Notes: a model not told the origin generated them from the letters alone. 64,000 nucleotides of DNA from Candidatus Kapaibacterium sp. (GCA_963678775.2 CAXXGR010000003.1:554-64553); one strand, 5' to 3'. Positions 30,807 through 41,293 are shown, counted from the stretch's first letter. Numbers and translations are program-made.

Positions 30807-33548
30807 ATGATACTTCGTTATTTAACTATTTTATTTGTATTTATATCAATCAGTTCAGCTTTAGCAGAATCTGAGTTTGAAGATCCACAAGCTCGGCGCG
30901 AATGGATAGAATCTACTTATCAAAATGCTAATGTAGAAATGCCTAATGATTTTAAGATTAGTCAACAAAAGTTTTCTAATTCGCTACCAAATTCAAGTGA
31001 AGGCCTATTCACTAAGGGAAGTCAAATACAATCCCAAACATGGATGTCGGCAGGACCAAGTAACATTGGTGGAAGATCGAGAGCTGTGGAGTTCGATAAA
31101 ACAAACCCCAATATTATAATAACCGGTGGAGTATCGGGAGGGATTTGGCGTTCTGTTGACGGTGGAGCTTCATGGGTACAAACTACAGGAATCCATGAGA
31201 TAGCTTCTGTTACTGCTATCATTCAAGATCCTCGCCCAAACAAAAACAATAACTGGTACTGTGCAGGTGGTGAAATAGGTTCTAATTCTGCATCCATGTC
31301 TCATTCTGCATCCTATGCCGGAAATGGAATATATCAATCGACAGATAACGGACTCACTTGGCAACCTTATGGTGATACAGGTGATAATCAGCCTCAAGTA
31401 AGAGAATTTATTGACAATGTAAATAGATTAGCAATCGACCCAACTAATTTGGAAGAAGACATAATATATGTAGCATGTCTTGGTACAATTTTAAGAATTT
31501 CTGATGATGGAAATAATATAGAAAAAGCTTTAGATTTAGAGGAGTTGACTTTTTATAATATGGCAACTGATATACTTATCACTCCAACCGGAAAATACTA
31601 TGCAACTCTGAGCTATCATTCCAGATACTCTAATAGAACCACTTCTCATTCAGGCATATTTTATTCTGAAAATGGCACAAATTGGGAAGATATTTCACCT
31701 GAGTTTTTGCAGCCTTCTTATAGAATAGTTTTAGATTATGCACCTTCAAACGAAAATATTCTTTATTTCTTGATATCAAATATTAAAGAATTATCAACAG
31801 ACTGTGCAGATTATCCTCAGTGCAATTCGATTTGTAAATTAGAAATTGAAGGTAAAGACTTTAAATGGACAAATCTTAGTGATAATCTTCCTTTTTTTGA
31901 ATCTAAAAACGAATATAATTACTTAATTACTCACAATGATTATTGTAGCGCCATAAAAGTTGCTCCTAATAATCCTGATATCGTGCTCCTTGCCGGGGCA
32001 AATTGCTTTATATCTTATGATGGTTTTTCATCTACAGAAAGAACACAATGGATAGCAGGGTATAACCCCAATTGGGATTCAAATAGTTATGCTGATACGA
32101 CTAAAACATTACAGGAAATTTACCAGGGGATGCTAAATTCTATGTTTCCAACGGGAGGTTGGGATTTCCACTGGTTCGATTACAACCCTAATAATCCTAA
32201 AGAAGTTCTTTCCGCTTCTGATCACGGTATTCATAAATTATCTGATATTTCAGAAACAGCAGATAAAAACTGGATTGATTTGAATAATGGATACTGTACA
32301 ACACAATTTTTTGATTGTGCAATCAATAAACATGTTGCAGGTAGTAATGACATAATTGGAGGTATGCAAGACAATAGTACTATGGGAAATATTATTGATA
32401 ATAATACTTTTATCGATTATTACTCAGGTGACGGGATGCAATGTTACATAACCGGCAGTAATAGTATCATAGTGTCAAGTCAATTTGGCAATATATTAAG
32501 ATTAAATCTTAATAATGGTGTACCATATAACGGTGCTTTCCTTTTTCCTAATAACATAAATGCTCTTTCTCCACAGTTTAGAACAATCTTTTCTATAAAC
32601 AGCATAAATGAAAAAGAGATTGCTATACCGACGAACTCAGCTATATGTATCTGTAATAACCTTACTAAAGCTATGGCAGATATTACTTTTGATATTCATT
32701 TGATCGATAATTTAGATGCTACATCTGTAGAATATGCAAATGTTCCTGAAAAAGTTTTATATGTAGGAACAAAAAATAAAAGAATTTTTAAGGTAACAGA
32801 TTTTTCTAAAGACAATTTTTCTTATGACATAATAAATTTACCTGATTTTGTAACAGGTAACTACATTCCTGATTTATGGATAGACCCCCAAGATAATATG
32901 CACTTCATAGCCATAATCTCTAATTACTTAAGTCTTGGTATGCTTGAAACAAAAGATGGTGGTGAAACTTGGACTGACAACGGTGGCAATTTAGAAGAAA
33001 ATCCTGATGGCACAGGTGCCGGCCACTCTTTCAGATGCTATGAAAGAATGGTTTACGAAGGCGACACGCTTCATTTATTAGGTACTTCTGACGGCCTGTT
33101 CTCTACTAAGAAGCTTGAAGGAGCTAATACGATTTGGATGAGAGAAGGAGCTAATACCATTGGTAAAGCTGTCATAGAAGACATCGAAGTCCGTGAACTG
33201 GATGGCAGAATAGTAGTGGCAACACATGGCAATGGGCTATTCAAAACAAATTACTCTACTTCTGTAGAAGATTTTGATGGGAGTAACTTAGGTTTTGCAG
33301 TCTCTGAAGTATTTCCAAATCCTGCATCTCAGCAGATTAACTTCGTTCTGAACTCTGATGTCAATGCTTTTGTTGAAGCTAAGCTGTTAGATATACAAGG
33401 CAAAGAAGTGGCTAATATACTTTCTGAAGAGTTTACAGGTACTAAAAGATTAAGCTATAATGCAAGTAACTTAACAGCAGGGACTTATTTCTTGCATATT
33501 AGTGACGGTACTCATTTTGTTACTAAGAAAGTAAATATTGTAAGATAG
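30807..33548 (+). CDS. BNR/Asp-box beta-propeller secreted protein with T9SS sorting domain, paralog 3
   Basis: 913 aa. The first 26 codons are identical to paralog 2 at nucleotide level. Asp-boxes SVDGGASW, STDNGLTW and TKDGGETW, plus a T9SS CTD. Confidence 0.85.
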   Translation: MILRYLTILFVFISISSALAESEFEDPQARREWIESTYQNANVEMPNDFKISQQKFSNSLPNSSEGLFTKGSQIQSQTWMSAGPSNIGGRSRAVEFDKTNPNIIITGGVSGGIWRSVDGGASWVQTTGIHEIASVTAIIQDPRPNKNNNWYCAGGEIGSNSASMSHSASYAGNGIYQSTDNGLTWQPYGDTGDNQPQVREFIDNVNRLAIDPTNLEEDIIYVACLGTILRISDDGNNIEKALDLEELTFYNMATDILITPTGKYYATLSYHSRYSNRTTSHSGIFYSENGTNWEDISPEFLQPSYRIVLDYAPSNENILYFLISNIKELSTDCADYPQCNSICKLEIEGKDFKWTNLSDNLPFFESKNEYNYLITHNDYCSAIKVAPNNPDIVLLAGANCFISYDGFSSTERTQWIAGYNPNWDSNSYADTTKTLQEIYQGMLNSMFPTGGWDFHWFDYNPNNPKEVLSASDHGIHKLSDISETADKNWIDLNNGYCTTQFFDCAINKHVAGSNDIIGGMQDNSTMGNIIDNNTFIDYYSGDGMQCYITGSNSIIVSSQFGNILRLNLNNGVPYNGAFLFPNNINALSPQFRTIFSINSINEKEIAIPTNSAICICNNLTKAMADITFDIHLIDNLDATSVEYANVPEKVLYVGTKNKRIFKVTDFSKDNFSYDIINLPDFVTGNYIPDLWIDPQDNMHFIAIISNYLSLGMLETKDGGETWTDNGGNLEENPDGTGAGHSFRCYERMVYEGDTLHLLGTSDGLFSTKKLEGANTIWMREGANTIGKAVIEDIEVRELDGRIVVATHGNGLFKTNYSTSVEDFDGSNLGFAVSEVFPNPASQQINFVLNSDVNAFVEAKLLDIQGKEVANILSEEFTGTKRLSYNASNLTAGTYFLHISDGTHFVTKKVNIVR

Positions 33549-33580
33549 TCATATTTGAAATTGAATAAATTGAATAAGCA

Positions 33581-33613
33581 AAGGGAGCATTCTTATTAGT
33601 GCTCCCTTTTTTT
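33581..33613 (+). terminator. Terminator between convergent paralog 3 and hcp
   Basis: AAGGGAGCA / TGCTCCCTT stem followed by a T-run. Confidence 0.75.
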
Positions 33614-33633
33614 GCATACCAATACCAAACTTA

Positions 33634-35265
33634 TTATGCTAAAGTTTCTGCCATATCTGCTTCTACTGTTGTAATTGGTTTCAACTGGAATGTATCTACC
33701 AATATATTAAGCACTTCAGGCTCAATAAATGCCGGTAAAGTTGGACCAATTTTGATATTCTTAATACCTAAGTGCAATAGTGTAAGAAGAATAGCTACAG
33801 CTTTTTGTTCATACCAAGAAAGTATTAGAGAAAGTGGTAACGAATTTACGTCTGTTTCAAATACTTCTGCTAAAGCAACAGCGATTTTGATTGCTGAGTA
33901 AGCATCGTTGCACTGACCAATATCTAATAATCTTGGGATTCCGTTAATATCGCCAAATTCTAATTTATTGAAGCGGAATTTGCCACAAGCTAATGTCATT
34001 ATTATACTATCTTTTGGTGCTTGAGTAGCAAAATCTGTATAGTAATTTCTACCGGATTTAGCGCCGTCACATCCACCAATTAAATAGAAATGTTTGATGT
34101 CGCCATTTTTAACAGCTTCTACTACTTTATCTGCTACAGAGAGTACAGCATTATGACCGAAGCCTGTTAAAATATTTTTTTCTTCTTCATCTGCTTCAAA
34201 ACCCGGAGCTGCAAGAGCTGCATCAATTACTGGTTTGAAGTTTCTGTCACTGATATGAGTAATATTTGGCCAACTAACTAAACCGCAAGTAAATATTCTG
34301 TTTTCGTAAGACTCTTTTGGTTCCTGGATGCAGTTTGTTGTCATAAGCACTGCACCCGGGAAAGCAGCAAATTCTTTCCACTGATCCTGCCAAGCACCAC
34401 CATAATTACCAGCTAAATGAGCATATTTTTTCAAATGTGGATAACCAAGTGCAGGAAGCATTTCGCCATGGGTATAGATATTTATTCCCATGCCTTCAGT
34501 CTGTTTCAATAACTCTTCCAAATCTTTAAGATCATGACCTGAAACAAGAATAGCTTTACCTTTTTTAGCTGTGATTCTTACCGGAGAAGGTTCAGGATGT
34601 CCGTAAGTACCTGTATTTGCAGAATCAAGCAACTCCATTACCTGCAAGTTTAATTCACCTGTTTCAAGTGCTTTGCCAAGAAGTTCTTCTGCAGTATGTT
34701 TTTCCAATGAATAGTGCAGAGTTTCATTTATTCTATCATAAATTTCTTGTTTTTCAAATCCTAATACATAAGCATGATGTGCATATGCAGCTAAACCTTT
34801 TAAGCCATATATAATTAGTTCTACGATACCGGTATAAGCTTTGCCTTCTTCTTCAAATCTTGTTTCCAAAGCTACCAAACCTGCCATAAGCATTAAATCA
34901 TCAGGGTTTGGTACAAATTTAAAGTTTACAGGATGGTTTTCTTCAGATGGAATGGAAATGCCCGCTTTTTCACATTCCGCTTTTGCTTCATCTAAGAGTT
35001 CACTGCCCTTTTGTATCTGCTCAACTATGCGTATATAATCGAAGCTAACGTTAGTTACAGTTGTAAAAAGAGCTTCCATAATAAAAATATCGTATTTTTT
35101 ATTATGTATACCTTCTCTTTTCAATTCAGTAGCTGCCCAAGCTAGACCCTTAGCTTCAAATAATAATATATCCTGCATTATAGCAGTTTTTTCGTCTTTC
35201 CCACATACTCCAACATTAGTGTTGCATGCGCCTTTTGAGTTTTGTTCACATTGGTAGCAAAACAT
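33634..35265 (-). CDS. hcp: Hydroxylamine reductase (hybrid-cluster protein)
   Basis: The N-terminal MFCYQCEQ cysteine motif, the length (543 aa) and conserved blocks (GHDLKDLEELL, NCIQEP, GQCNDAYSA) fit Hcp. Confidence 0.95.
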   Translation of the reverse strand: MFCYQCEQNSKGACNTNVGVCGKDEKTAIMQDILLFEAKGLAWAATELKREGIHNKKYDIFIMEALFTTVTNVSFDYIRIVEQIQKGSELLDEAKAECEKAGISIPSEENHPVNFKFVPNPDDLMLMAGLVALETRFEEEGKAYTGIVELIIYGLKGLAAYAHHAYVLGFEKQEIYDRINETLHYSLEKHTAEELLGKALETGELNLQVMELLDSANTGTYGHPEPSPVRITAKKGKAILVSGHDLKDLEELLKQTEGMGINIYTHGEMLPALGYPHLKKYAHLAGNYGGAWQDQWKEFAAFPGAVLMTTNCIQEPKESYENRIFTCGLVSWPNITHISDRNFKPVIDAALAAPGFEADEEEKNILTGFGHNAVLSVADKVVEAVKNGDIKHFYLIGGCDGAKSGRNYYTDFATQAPKDSIIMTLACGKFRFNKLEFGDINGIPRLLDIGQCNDAYSAIKIAVALAEVFETDVNSLPLSLILSWYEQKAVAILLTLLHLGIKNIKIGPTLPAFIEPEVLNILVDTFQLKPITTVEADMAETLA

Positions 35266-35314
35266 GATATTTCTCCCGTTTTGTTAATCAGATAAATAAT
35301 TCTGCTTCTAATAT

Positions 35315-35371
35315 AAGACTAAAAAGTCTTTAATACAAATACTTTTTTAAAATTTTTTTGTATATTTGTAT
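35315..35371. promoter_or_regulatory. hcp / Rrf2 divergent control region with two inverted repeats
   Basis: AAGACT-aaaa-AGTCTT lies at 35315-35330. ATACAAATA (35333-35341) and TATTTGTAT (35363-35371) are separated by 21 nt. Confidence 0.3.
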
Positions 35372-35394
35372 AAAATTATTTGAGACAAGGACTT

Positions 35395-35838
35395 ATGACA
35401 GTAATTTTTTCGAAAAAATGCGAGTTGGGTTTGCAGGCAGTTTTATTTTTGTCTGCCCAGGATGAAGGTTCTCTATGGAATTCACAGGATGTATCAGAGA
35501 ATCTCAATGTCCCCAAAGAATTTGTATCTAAAGTTTTACAGACTTTAACAGCAAGTGGTATAGTCGGTTCCAAAAAAGGGAAAGCAGGTGGTTTTTTTCT
35601 TAATAGAGCCCCTAAAGACATCCGATTAATTGAAATAGTTTCGGCTATAGATGGTTTAGATATGTTCGAAAACTGTGTTTTGGGATTTAGAGGCTGCTCG
35701 GTAGAAAAGCCTTGCCCTGTACATGACCAGTGGGGCAAGCTTCGCGCTGATGCTTATGAAATGCTAAGTCAGCAAAATTTAGAAGATTTAAAAGAAAAAA
35801 CAATTACAAAAATCAACGACTTAATCAGAAGAAGATAG
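35395..35838 (+). CDS. Rrf2-family transcriptional regulator (NsrR/IscR-like, three-Cys cluster)
   Basis: Rrf2 winged-helix N-terminus (SKKCELGLQAVLFLS...VSENLNVPKEFVSKVLQTL). Cys ligand spacing is CVLGFRGCSVEKPC. The start is taken at MTVIFSKK. Confidence 0.85.
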   Translation: MTVIFSKKCELGLQAVLFLSAQDEGSLWNSQDVSENLNVPKEFVSKVLQTLTASGIVGSKKGKAGGFFLNRAPKDIRLIEIVSAIDGLDMFENCVLGFRGCSVEKPCPVHDQWGKLRADAYEMLSQQNLEDLKEKTITKINDLIRRR

Positions 35839-35934
35839 CAATTTTTATTAGCTATATGACACTTTAGCGACTATCATGTTATTGATAGCTGCTTTACATA
35901 TAATAGGTAAATGCTATAGTGTTGGTGCTGTGCA

Positions 35935-36705
35935 TTAGATTCTTTTTTGCAGGATCCATATTTCGCTATTGCCAGCCACATCCAATATTTTTAATAGCTT
36001 TGGAACTTTAACTATATTTTCTGTATCAGTCCTTTCAACTATATGCAAACCAAATTCTGCAAGATATTTGATAAATTCATCCGTTCTGCCGTAATACCTT
36101 TTCCTAAAAAAGTCCTGCACAACGAGATAACCATTTAACTCTAAAGCACGTATTATTTCCTGAAAGACAGCTTTTAAATCATGCTCTTTCATCGTATGAA
36201 TAGCATAATTACTTATAATAAGCGCCATAGAAGCATTTTTAACCGGCAAGTCGAAGCCACTGCCTTCAGTAAAAGCAACACGCTCAGATACTCCCTCCAA
36301 ATTGGCGTTAAGTATACATTGCTTTTTAGAATAATCCCATTTTTTTGACCATATATCAATACCAAAAACATGCAAATCTGGATACGCTTTTGATAATTTG
36401 ATTGCGGCTATTCCATTGCCTGTACCAATGTCTAAAGCATTGCCTGATATATCGCCGGGAACTTTACTTATCAAAGCTTCCGACAGCTCATGCTGTATTT
36501 TAAAGTTATTCTTTCTCAGCAGGAAGTGACCTGCTAAATATGAACCGTAAAACAGTGTTAACACAGCAATACATGACAATGCAATTTGAGATATAACACT
36601 ATCAGAGTTGATAAAAAACGGAAGACAAAGAACAAACATCATCAATACAGCAGAGAAGTTCTTTATAGGCAGCCATGTTTTATAATCAGGTTTTTGCTGT
36701 TCCAT
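35935..36705 (-). CDS. Class I SAM-dependent methyltransferase with N-terminal membrane anchor
   Basis: SAM motif I ALDIGTGNGIAAIKL follows two TM helices. Confidence 0.75.
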   Translation of the reverse strand: MEQQKPDYKTWLPIKNFSAVLMMFVLCLPFFINSDSVISQIALSCIAVLTLFYGSYLAGHFLLRKNNFKIQHELSEALISKVPGDISGNALDIGTGNGIAAIKLSKAYPDLHVFGIDIWSKKWDYSKKQCILNANLEGVSERVAFTEGSGFDLPVKNASMALIISNYAIHTMKEHDLKAVFQEIIRALELNGYLVVQDFFRKRYYGRTDEFIKYLAEFGLHIVERTDTENIVKVPKLLKILDVAGNSEIWILQKRI

Positions 36706-36712
36706 GTTTGTT

Positions 36713-37834
36713 TTAAATTTTATCGTAAAGTGTTTCTATTGCGTTTGCCATAGTTTTCCAATTGTAACTCTTCTTGTACTTTTGGATGTTTTCGATACTG
36801 TTAGTAAAGTTGCCCGATTCGAAGAAGTCTTTAATCGCATTAGTTATATCATTGGCATTTGGTCGTTTTATCATAGCACCTGTCCCAAATGGTTCTATCA
36901 TTTCTTTTAACCCACCAACATCTGTAGCTATAACTGGTAAATCAAAATGATAACTTATACCCACTATACCACTCTGGGTAGCTGATTTATAAGGCAATAC
37001 GCAAGCATCCGCCACAGAGAAGAAACGGCTTACTTCATCATCTCCAATATACCTGACATTTAGACCAACTTTGGCTCGCAAATCCATCCTATCTATCATT
37101 TCGTCATATTTGTCAAAACTTCCGTAGACTTCACCGGCAATTAACAAAAAGTAGTCTTCGGGTAACTGTTTCATGGACTGCAAGAGTAAATCTAATCCTT
37201 TATAATCCCTGATAAAACCAAAAAACAATAACACTTTGCTTTTCTCGGGTATATTCATTGCCTTACGAGCATTAACCTTTTGCATCTTCAAACCGAAATG
37301 ATCATACAGAGGATGTGGATGATGCTCAAACAGAGCATCTGGTTTTAATTTCAACAAATCTTCTTTAACTGCATCACTCATCACAATAAATGCATCGTTT
37401 GCATTCAGAAAGTATTTGATAAGGCTAATATCTCCCGGTCTGGGTTCATGAGGGATGACATTATCTAAAATGCTTATAGACTTAGTTCCTGTTTTACTAA
37501 GATATTTTGCTACTTTACCTAATGATGGAGCAAAATATGGCATCCAGAATTTGGTCAAAAGTAAATCCGGTTTGAACGGAGCTATCTTTTTTGCAGCACG
37601 TAAGTAGCTCAGTGGATTAGCTGTATCCAATACTTTTTTTGAATCAATAATCTCAGCCGTGTCCCCATCCTGAACTAATTGAGTTTTACCCGGAAAAAGG
37701 AAATCAGGATACTGCCTCAAAAAAGTATACGGGATGATGTCATGCTTATCAGCAAACTCTTTATACAGAGCTGCATTAAACTGAGCAATACCACCTCTGT
37801 AAGGGTAAAATGTAGATAAATATGCAATTCTCAT
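36713..37834 (-). CDS. Glycosyltransferase family 4 (GT-B fold)
   Basis: 373 aa with a C-terminal GT1/GT4-type region (LPYKSATQSGIVGISYHFDLPVIATDVGGLKEMI). Confidence 0.75.
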   Translation of the reverse strand: MRIAYLSTFYPYRGGIAQFNAALYKEFADKHDIIPYTFLRQYPDFLFPGKTQLVQDGDTAEIIDSKKVLDTANPLSYLRAAKKIAPFKPDLLLTKFWMPYFAPSLGKVAKYLSKTGTKSISILDNVIPHEPRPGDISLIKYFLNANDAFIVMSDAVKEDLLKLKPDALFEHHPHPLYDHFGLKMQKVNARKAMNIPEKSKVLLFFGFIRDYKGLDLLLQSMKQLPEDYFLLIAGEVYGSFDKYDEMIDRMDLRAKVGLNVRYIGDDEVSRFFSVADACVLPYKSATQSGIVGISYHFDLPVIATDVGGLKEMIEPFGTGAMIKRPNANDITNAIKDFFESGNFTNSIENIQKYKKSYNWKTMANAIETLYDKI

Positions 37835-37933
37835 GTTTTAGGCTACTATTTCTTGTTGATACTTTACAAAGATAAGAATTTAGCAAATTGCAAGCCAATA
37901 AGAATAATAAAAACTATGATTTAGTTATACCTA

Positions 37934-39106
37934 CTAATCTAAGTCGAATGAAAAAGCGATATATAATGCAAAACGGTCTTTTATTCTTTCTCCCCTAAGC
38001 CTACTAAAGTAAGAACCACCTATTCTCAAATCTACACCATCAGCACGTGTTCCAACTCCTAGAGACATAGACATTGCATAAGAAGCTTCATACCAATCAT
38101 GAACTAACAAGTCTATAGATGTGAACGTAAAACCTCCCTGTCTATTACTATTTAAAAAAAACATTGGTGTAAAGCCTATCCCTAATTCTGGGCGCATCAT
38201 TTTTAAAGTAAAAGATGGTGTAAATCTACCAGGTGCATTTTGTGGGACAGTATAAGCAAAAACTGCTCCGTAAGATTTGAAATAGCTAAGCGCTCCTAAT
38301 CGAAAAGTAGATGGTGGAAGATACTTTTTATATATCAAATTGGGCACATTTTCCAGCCTTTTCTTTTCTTTAAATCCGGCAACTCCTGAGTTCTGATAAT
38401 CTCTAAAAGTTGGATTTGCTTCAGCAATTAATCCATCGCTATTTGAGGAGTAATCTATAGAATTATAATACTTTATAAACTGTTTTGCACAGCTATAAAC
38501 TCCTTTGTAAGCGAGTGCATTCATTTTAGATAAATCCGGGCTTTCCATTTGGAGAGAATCGATACTTTCGGCAAAGAAGTAGTAATAATTACCATTGACT
38601 TGATAATAAAATTCTATCCCAAATTTTTGGTAATAACATGCCTGATAAATATATATATCTTCGCTAATTTCATGTTCCAATATATTTACAGTTACTTTGA
38701 CATCTTTATTATCTGGCATATCAGTTTCAATAAGAGTTTCCAAAGCTTTCTGGACAAAAGTATTTTTATTGGTATCTATGTTATAATAATACCTTGTATT
38801 TTGAAAAGCTTCTTCTTCTATTTCATTAAATATAGCGAAGTAGTCCTGCTCCTCTAAATATTTAAAATTTTCTATATTTTCCTCTGGATTAAATAACACC
38901 TCAGAGTTCTCAGGATTAGCAACAACCCCTTTATAAAAAACTGAATCAATATCAATGCCTTGTGTCTTTAAGTTCTTTCCGGTTATTTCAGGATTATTTG
39001 GATTGAAATCTTCGGTATATATTTTATTTGTAACGCAAGAGCTTAAAAGCAAAACAAACAAAGTTGCAATAGAAAGAATTTTAAAACTAATTATTTTGTT
39101 AATCAT
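37934..39106 (-). CDS. Hypothetical lipoprotein
   Basis: The start is at MINKIISFKILSIATLFVLLLSSC (lipobox Cys). No recognisable domain is present. Confidence 0.55.
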   Translation of the reverse strand: MINKIISFKILSIATLFVLLLSSCVTNKIYTEDFNPNNPEITGKNLKTQGIDIDSVFYKGVVANPENSEVLFNPEENIENFKYLEEQDYFAIFNEIEEEAFQNTRYYYNIDTNKNTFVQKALETLIETDMPDNKDVKVTVNILEHEISEDIYIYQACYYQKFGIEFYYQVNGNYYYFFAESIDSLQMESPDLSKMNALAYKGVYSCAKQFIKYYNSIDYSSNSDGLIAEANPTFRDYQNSGVAGFKEKKRLENVPNLIYKKYLPPSTFRLGALSYFKSYGAVFAYTVPQNAPGRFTPSFTLKMMRPELGIGFTPMFFLNSNRQGGFTFTSIDLLVHDWYEASYAMSMSLGVGTRADGVDLRIGGSYFSRLRGERIKDRFALYIAFSFDLD

Positions 39107-39295
39107 GATTATCTTTAAATATACACATACTAAATTCTGGAATGCTAAAATAATCATATTTTACTCAATATGAAAATTATATCTAACTTATATAATAAAG
39201 AAATTGCGGCTTAAAATATTTAGCATTTCGTTAAGTCCTAAAAAAGAGCGAAATTGCATAATAATATATAGCAACTTTTAAAACTAAGGATTTAC

Positions 39296-40366
39296 ATGTC
39301 TAATAAATTGAGTATAAAAGACTTTAGTATTGCTGAGCTTGAGCAATATCTGGTAGATATGGGCGAAAAGAAGTTCCGAGCGAAGCAAATTTTGGACGAA
39401 ATTTATGGTAGAAGGATTGATAGCTTTCAAGATGCTACTACTCTTCCCGCAGAACTTAGAAGCAGGCTTGAGGAATATTTAGAAATATGCAATGTAAAAA
39501 TAGCTAAAAAAAGAGTCAGCGAAGACGGTTCTATCAAATACCTGTTTACACTGAAAGATAATTATAGCATAGAAGCAGTTTATATGCCTTGGTATGATGA
39601 GTCCGGCGAAAATATAGAAAGAGTTTCTCTTTGTATCTCTTCTATGGCAGGTTGCCCGGTTGGCTGTGCCTTCTGCGCTACAGGAACTCTTGGCTTCCAA
39701 AGAAACTTAACAGCTTCGGAAATAATCGACCAAATCCTATTAGTTGAAAAAGATTTGAACTGTAAGATAAAAAACATTGTATATATGGGCATGGGCGAGC
39801 CGCTTATGAATTATAATAATGTTGTAAAATCTATAGAAATTATGGCAGATGAAAGGATTAAACTTGTTTCCCGTAAGAGAATTACTCTTTCTACCGCTGG
39901 CGTAGCTCCCAGAGTTAAGCAGCTAGCAAAAGAGAAATACCCTGTGAAACTGGCAATATCTTTACATGCTACAACTAACGGACTCAGAGAAAAACTTATG
40001 CCTATATCTAAATCTTTCTCTATCCAAAAGCTGATGGATGCTGTGGAAGAATACTACAGAGAAACAAAAATGGGTATTACTTATGAGTATATTCTTTTTG
40101 AAGGACTAAACGACACTGATGAAGACATAAAACGTCTTACTAAAATAGCTCGCAGAGTTCCTTCTCGCGTAAATGTTATTCCATTTAATGATATTTCTTT
40201 TACAGGTGCAAAAGGATTTGTCGAAGAGCTGAAACCGGCTAGCAAAGAAAATATGAAAAGCTTTGCCGATAAACTCAGACAAAACAAAGTGCCGGTTATA
40301 CTTCGCGATACTTTTGGCGGAGATATCGAAGCGGCTTGTGGCCAGTTAGCATTGTCAAACGATTAA
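39296..40366 (+). CDS. rlmN: 23S rRNA/tRNA (adenine-C2)-methyltransferase RlmN (radical SAM)
   Basis: CPVGCAFCATG radical-SAM motif, MGMGEPL, and C-terminal DIEAACGQL. Confidence 0.95.
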   Translation: MSNKLSIKDFSIAELEQYLVDMGEKKFRAKQILDEIYGRRIDSFQDATTLPAELRSRLEEYLEICNVKIAKKRVSEDGSIKYLFTLKDNYSIEAVYMPWYDESGENIERVSLCISSMAGCPVGCAFCATGTLGFQRNLTASEIIDQILLVEKDLNCKIKNIVYMGMGEPLMNYNNVVKSIEIMADERIKLVSRKRITLSTAGVAPRVKQLAKEKYPVKLAISLHATTNGLREKLMPISKSFSIQKLMDAVEEYYRETKMGITYEYILFEGLNDTDEDIKRLTKIARRVPSRVNVIPFNDISFTGAKGFVEELKPASKENMKSFADKLRQNKVPVILRDTFGGDIEAACGQLALSND

Positions 40367-40378
40367 TCAGAGAAAATT

Positions 40379-41284
40379 ATGAAGTATTTTGCTATTCTTG
40401 TTTTTGTTGTTATCTCATTTGTTTCTGCTTATGCGATAGAGCTCCCTAGAGATTTGATGATGGGAGAAGATTACACTTACGTTATCCGTATGACAAACGG
40501 AGATGTAATGACAGGCTCTATTGTGGAATTTAAAAATAGTACTGACAATGGCGAAGGATTCCGTTTTAAAATGGAAATAGGCACTGCCACAATCTACGCC
40601 AATCAGATAAAAGAAATAAAACTATACGAAGATAGCTACAGACACGACAGCAGAGTATTTTTACTGCCGACAGCCAAAGCAATAAAGAACAATCATTACT
40701 TTGGCTCTTTCGAGCTTCTTTTCTTCAATGCAGGCATAGGCATTACTGATTATGTTTCCGTGATGGTAGGCAGATCCGTTTTACCTTTCATCAATGGAAC
40801 TGACCAGATAACTAATTTAGATACTAAGATTACCTTTTATGATCAGCAATTTGAAGATTATGATGGTGGCTTAGCTCTTGCCGTCGGAGGTAATCTTGCG
40901 TTTATTAATGATAACAACAGGCTTATACATGGCTACGCTGTTGCCACATTTACAGGGGCAAAGTCCCGTTTAACAGGTAACGTATATTACAAAGCTGGCA
41001 GTGCTGACTATTACGATGTACGTTTTAGGGATCAGCTCTTAGATTTGCAATATGCAGACGGAGCGTTCGGCGTCGGCTTAGGTGTTGATACCCGAATTGA
41101 CAGCTGGAAAGGAATACATGTGATAGGCGAACTTTGGAACAATAACGTAGAGAAACCAACGAACACTGCAGTTTTGCTTGGAGTTAGACTGTGCAATACT
41201 GAATTTGCAGCAGACTTTGGTTTTGCCTTCTCCACTGCTCCTTTCGCAGCACCATTCGCAAGTTTTGTATGGACTATGTTTTAG
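40379..41284 (+). CDS. Hypothetical secreted / outer-membrane protein
   Basis: It has a signal peptide, a glycine/aromatic-rich C-terminal half and a terminal Phe (…WTMF), as in beta-barrel OMPs. Confidence 0.45.
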   Translation: MKYFAILVFVVISFVSAYAIELPRDLMMGEDYTYVIRMTNGDVMTGSIVEFKNSTDNGEGFRFKMEIGTATIYANQIKEIKLYEDSYRHDSRVFLLPTAKAIKNNHYFGSFELLFFNAGIGITDYVSVMVGRSVLPFINGTDQITNLDTKITFYDQQFEDYDGGLALAVGGNLAFINDNNRLIHGYAVATFTGAKSRLTGNVYYKAGSADYYDVRFRDQLLDLQYADGAFGVGLGVDTRIDSWKGIHVIGELWNNNVEKPTNTAVLLGVRLCNTEFAADFGFAFSTAPFAAPFASFVWTMF

Positions 41285-41293
41285 AGAGTACTT

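Larger units (their letters stand above)
30666..30886 (+). repeat. Junction repeat copy B
   Basis: See copy A; one mismatch in 221 nt. Confidence 0.95.

Noticed and set aside
25018-33548. Periodic 2.9-kb repeats as a possible CRISPR-like or mobile-element array.
   Set aside because: The repeat units are full-length protein-coding paralogs with their own terminators. There are no short direct repeats with spacers, no cas genes, no transposase and no terminal inverted repeats.
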